The notes under the pieces are model-generated. The model ran no database searches. It worked only from the letters and a program-made list of their open reading frames with translations, and was not told the DNA's origin. A stretch of 64,000 nt of DNA from Eledone cirrhosa (Eukaryota): assembly GCA_964016885.1 (NCBI GenBank), contig OZ024740.1:368466001-368530000 (forward strand), read 5' to 3'. Of this stretch, positions 62,027 through 64,000 are shown piece after piece. A program made the position numbers and the translations under genes. Position 1 is the stretch's first letter, and each line of letters opens with the position of its first letter.

Positions 62027-62167
62027 ATGTTTCTGTGCACATAGTAAAATAATTCACAGATTATCGAAAATATTTGTTGTCATGAACTTTGATAGGACAA
62101 TTAGGCAATTGATTTAAGCTTCATCAGAAATTTGCCAATTTATATTGTCTCGAGAATGCACAATTAC
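61480..62167. repeat. Inverted repeat pair (~61480-61606 vs ~62041-62167), pLTR-like
   Basis: Matched by eye. Each arm has CTGATGA but no downstream GAAA. Confidence 0.8.
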
Positions 62168-63179
62168 TTATCCAATTAAACAGCACATTAGATTAACATG
62201 GAATTTCTATAAGGCGTTTTATATTTCATTCCTCGTATTAGTTTATGTTCCCTTTCTCCAATTTTCTATTATATACACAAACATTTTCACCGGATTGATA
62301 TTTAGTACTCTCTAAAGTAAACAGCGAACCGATTGGAATAAATGGAAGAATTAAAGCTTAAACGTAAATTCAAATGTAAATCAGTGAACATTTTCTTATT
62401 AAAAAAATCAACAAAACCATAAAGCCATAAATACAAGCGTTACTGGCGAAGTAAGTTGACGAACTAAGATACATGATGCGAAATCCTTGACTGGTATTGC
62501 AAATAAATATGCAGCTCCAACGAAGAGAATATAAGGTAGGATTTTCCGATTTCCTAAATAATCAATTAAACAAATAAGGATCACCATGCAGCGAAACAAA
62601 GGGTTCATGTCTAGAGATATGCAGGGGAAGCTGGTGTGGAATAATAATAACAAAATGACACTAATTGGAAGAAACAATCTCAAGCAGTATTAAACAGACA
62701 CATAAATTGATGAAAATATTCCAGAGGCTGATTAATATGTGAATTTTAGAATGACAAAATATTCTTTAGTTGACGCCGCAAAGGCTATGACACAATTAAA
62801 AGTTAATATCACATGTGGAAGATTGCATCTCACTCAACATGATAAAACTGTGCTTCTAAATCCTCGTCTTTACAGAGAGAGAAAATTGAAGCACGCTATG
62901 GATATACGAAAATTATTTGAATTAAAATACCTTAAAGTGAAGAATCGTGTGAATAAGAAAAGGTTCTGATGATATTCGTCCAAATTGTCTTCTATTGTGC
63001 TACAATTATTGTGCTCTCTGCTTTCTTTTTCTGCTTGTCTAGTCAATTCTACGATTTCATTTCTCTCACATCTGTTGTTTTAATGAACTGGCCGTGTAGT
63101 TCATTGCCCCAATAAGCATTTGCGTGTTCATTCTGCATCTTTTCTTTACATTTGCCATCTGTATTAGATCCTACCAACA

Positions 63180-64000
63180 CTGCTCATTGACCTCACCGAC
63201 TCCTATTTGGTGATATGTTATTCATGGCTAGTTTGTTTGGTCTCCATTTATGGGAAATATTGTCAAACGCCTTTTCGTAAGGTATCCAATTCAGGCTAAG
63301 TTTTCTTTTTGGCATTTAGTAAGGGCTTTATTTATTAATATCATGTCTTTGCAGCCGTATGAGCCCCTGCGGCCTCCTTTCTGTTCGTATTGGAGCAGTT
63401 CTTTTGTTACAAGGTGCTCAGACAGGATTGAAGATAAGGTTTTTTTATGCTTTAGGCAAGCATGTTATGCGTCTGTAATGTTTAAGGTTTGCTGTCTCAT
63501 TATTTTGGGAGACGAGGGGGTGTTTTCCCCGCAGTGAGCCAGTCAAGTATTTTTTCTTTTTCCATCAGTATTTCATTAAATTTCTTTGCAATCATATAAT
63601 GTGACCCTGTAAAATGTTTTAACCAGCAGTTGGGATCTTGTCATATCCTGGGGCGTTCCAGTTGCTTTCCCCTCTCGGTGTAATTGACACACCATCTGCT
63701 GTGTTTGCTGTGCTTGCTAATTTGTGAATGGTAATTTCATTTCTCCCTCTGCTCCTATTCTTCCCCAGAACATTTCCACTTCTTTTTACTGTTAGGGCTA
63801 CATTAACTTCTATTTTGTTTCTATTAAGTTCCTGGTAACTTCGTTTTGTTGAACAAAATGTTGGTGCTTTTCATATCTCTGAATTATATGTGTCTTTGCT
63901 AAAATATTTGTTATTTTAAGCTTTACTCTTTGGGATTTACTTGCTGTTATGTTATATGTATTTTAGTATTTTTATTTTGTATCTGTTCTTAATATTTCCT
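63180..64000 (-). mobile_element. Degenerate R4/Dong-clade LINE RT fragment
   Basis: Across frames: DWLTAGKT, HYRRITCLP, EQKGGRRGSYGCKDMILINK and KAFDNISH. Confidence 0.78.

Noticed and set aside
62408-62969. ORFs of 91 and 76 aa
   Set aside because: No recognisable motifs or splice context.

Overview
Eukaryotic, very AT- and microsatellite-rich intronic DNA. It is most likely from a cephalopod (Octopus-like), inferred from the SINE family and the (TA)n/(CA)n load. The only host gene I can support is a minus-strand GABA-B receptor subunit 2-like gene, with three phase-0 exons (56272-56337, 20469-20654, 13017-13223) separated by introns of 35.6 kb and 7.2 kb. Almost all ORFs in the supplied track are microsatellite artefacts. 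The introns are filled with transposon debris: CR1-like, RTE and R4/Dong LINE fragments, a hATm-like DNA transposon and tRNA-derived SINEs. Above all they hold many families of Penelope-like elements (PLEs, RT + GIY-YIG, Naiad-like), nearly all sitting in (TA)n tracts. The main hidden structure is about 20 type-I hammerhead ribozyme motifs from at least 12 different PLE terminal-repeat (pLTR) families, read by eye on both strands. They share a loop-less palindromic stem III (dimer-type), often a very long stem II, recurrent core variants (U3-A8 swap, U4C) and frequently an AATAAA right after the cleavage site. In three elements the fold-back inversion breakpoints map to the stem III palindrome. 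PLE hammerheads are known in general; the density, the variants and the possible effect on the host pre-mRNA are what merit follow-up.
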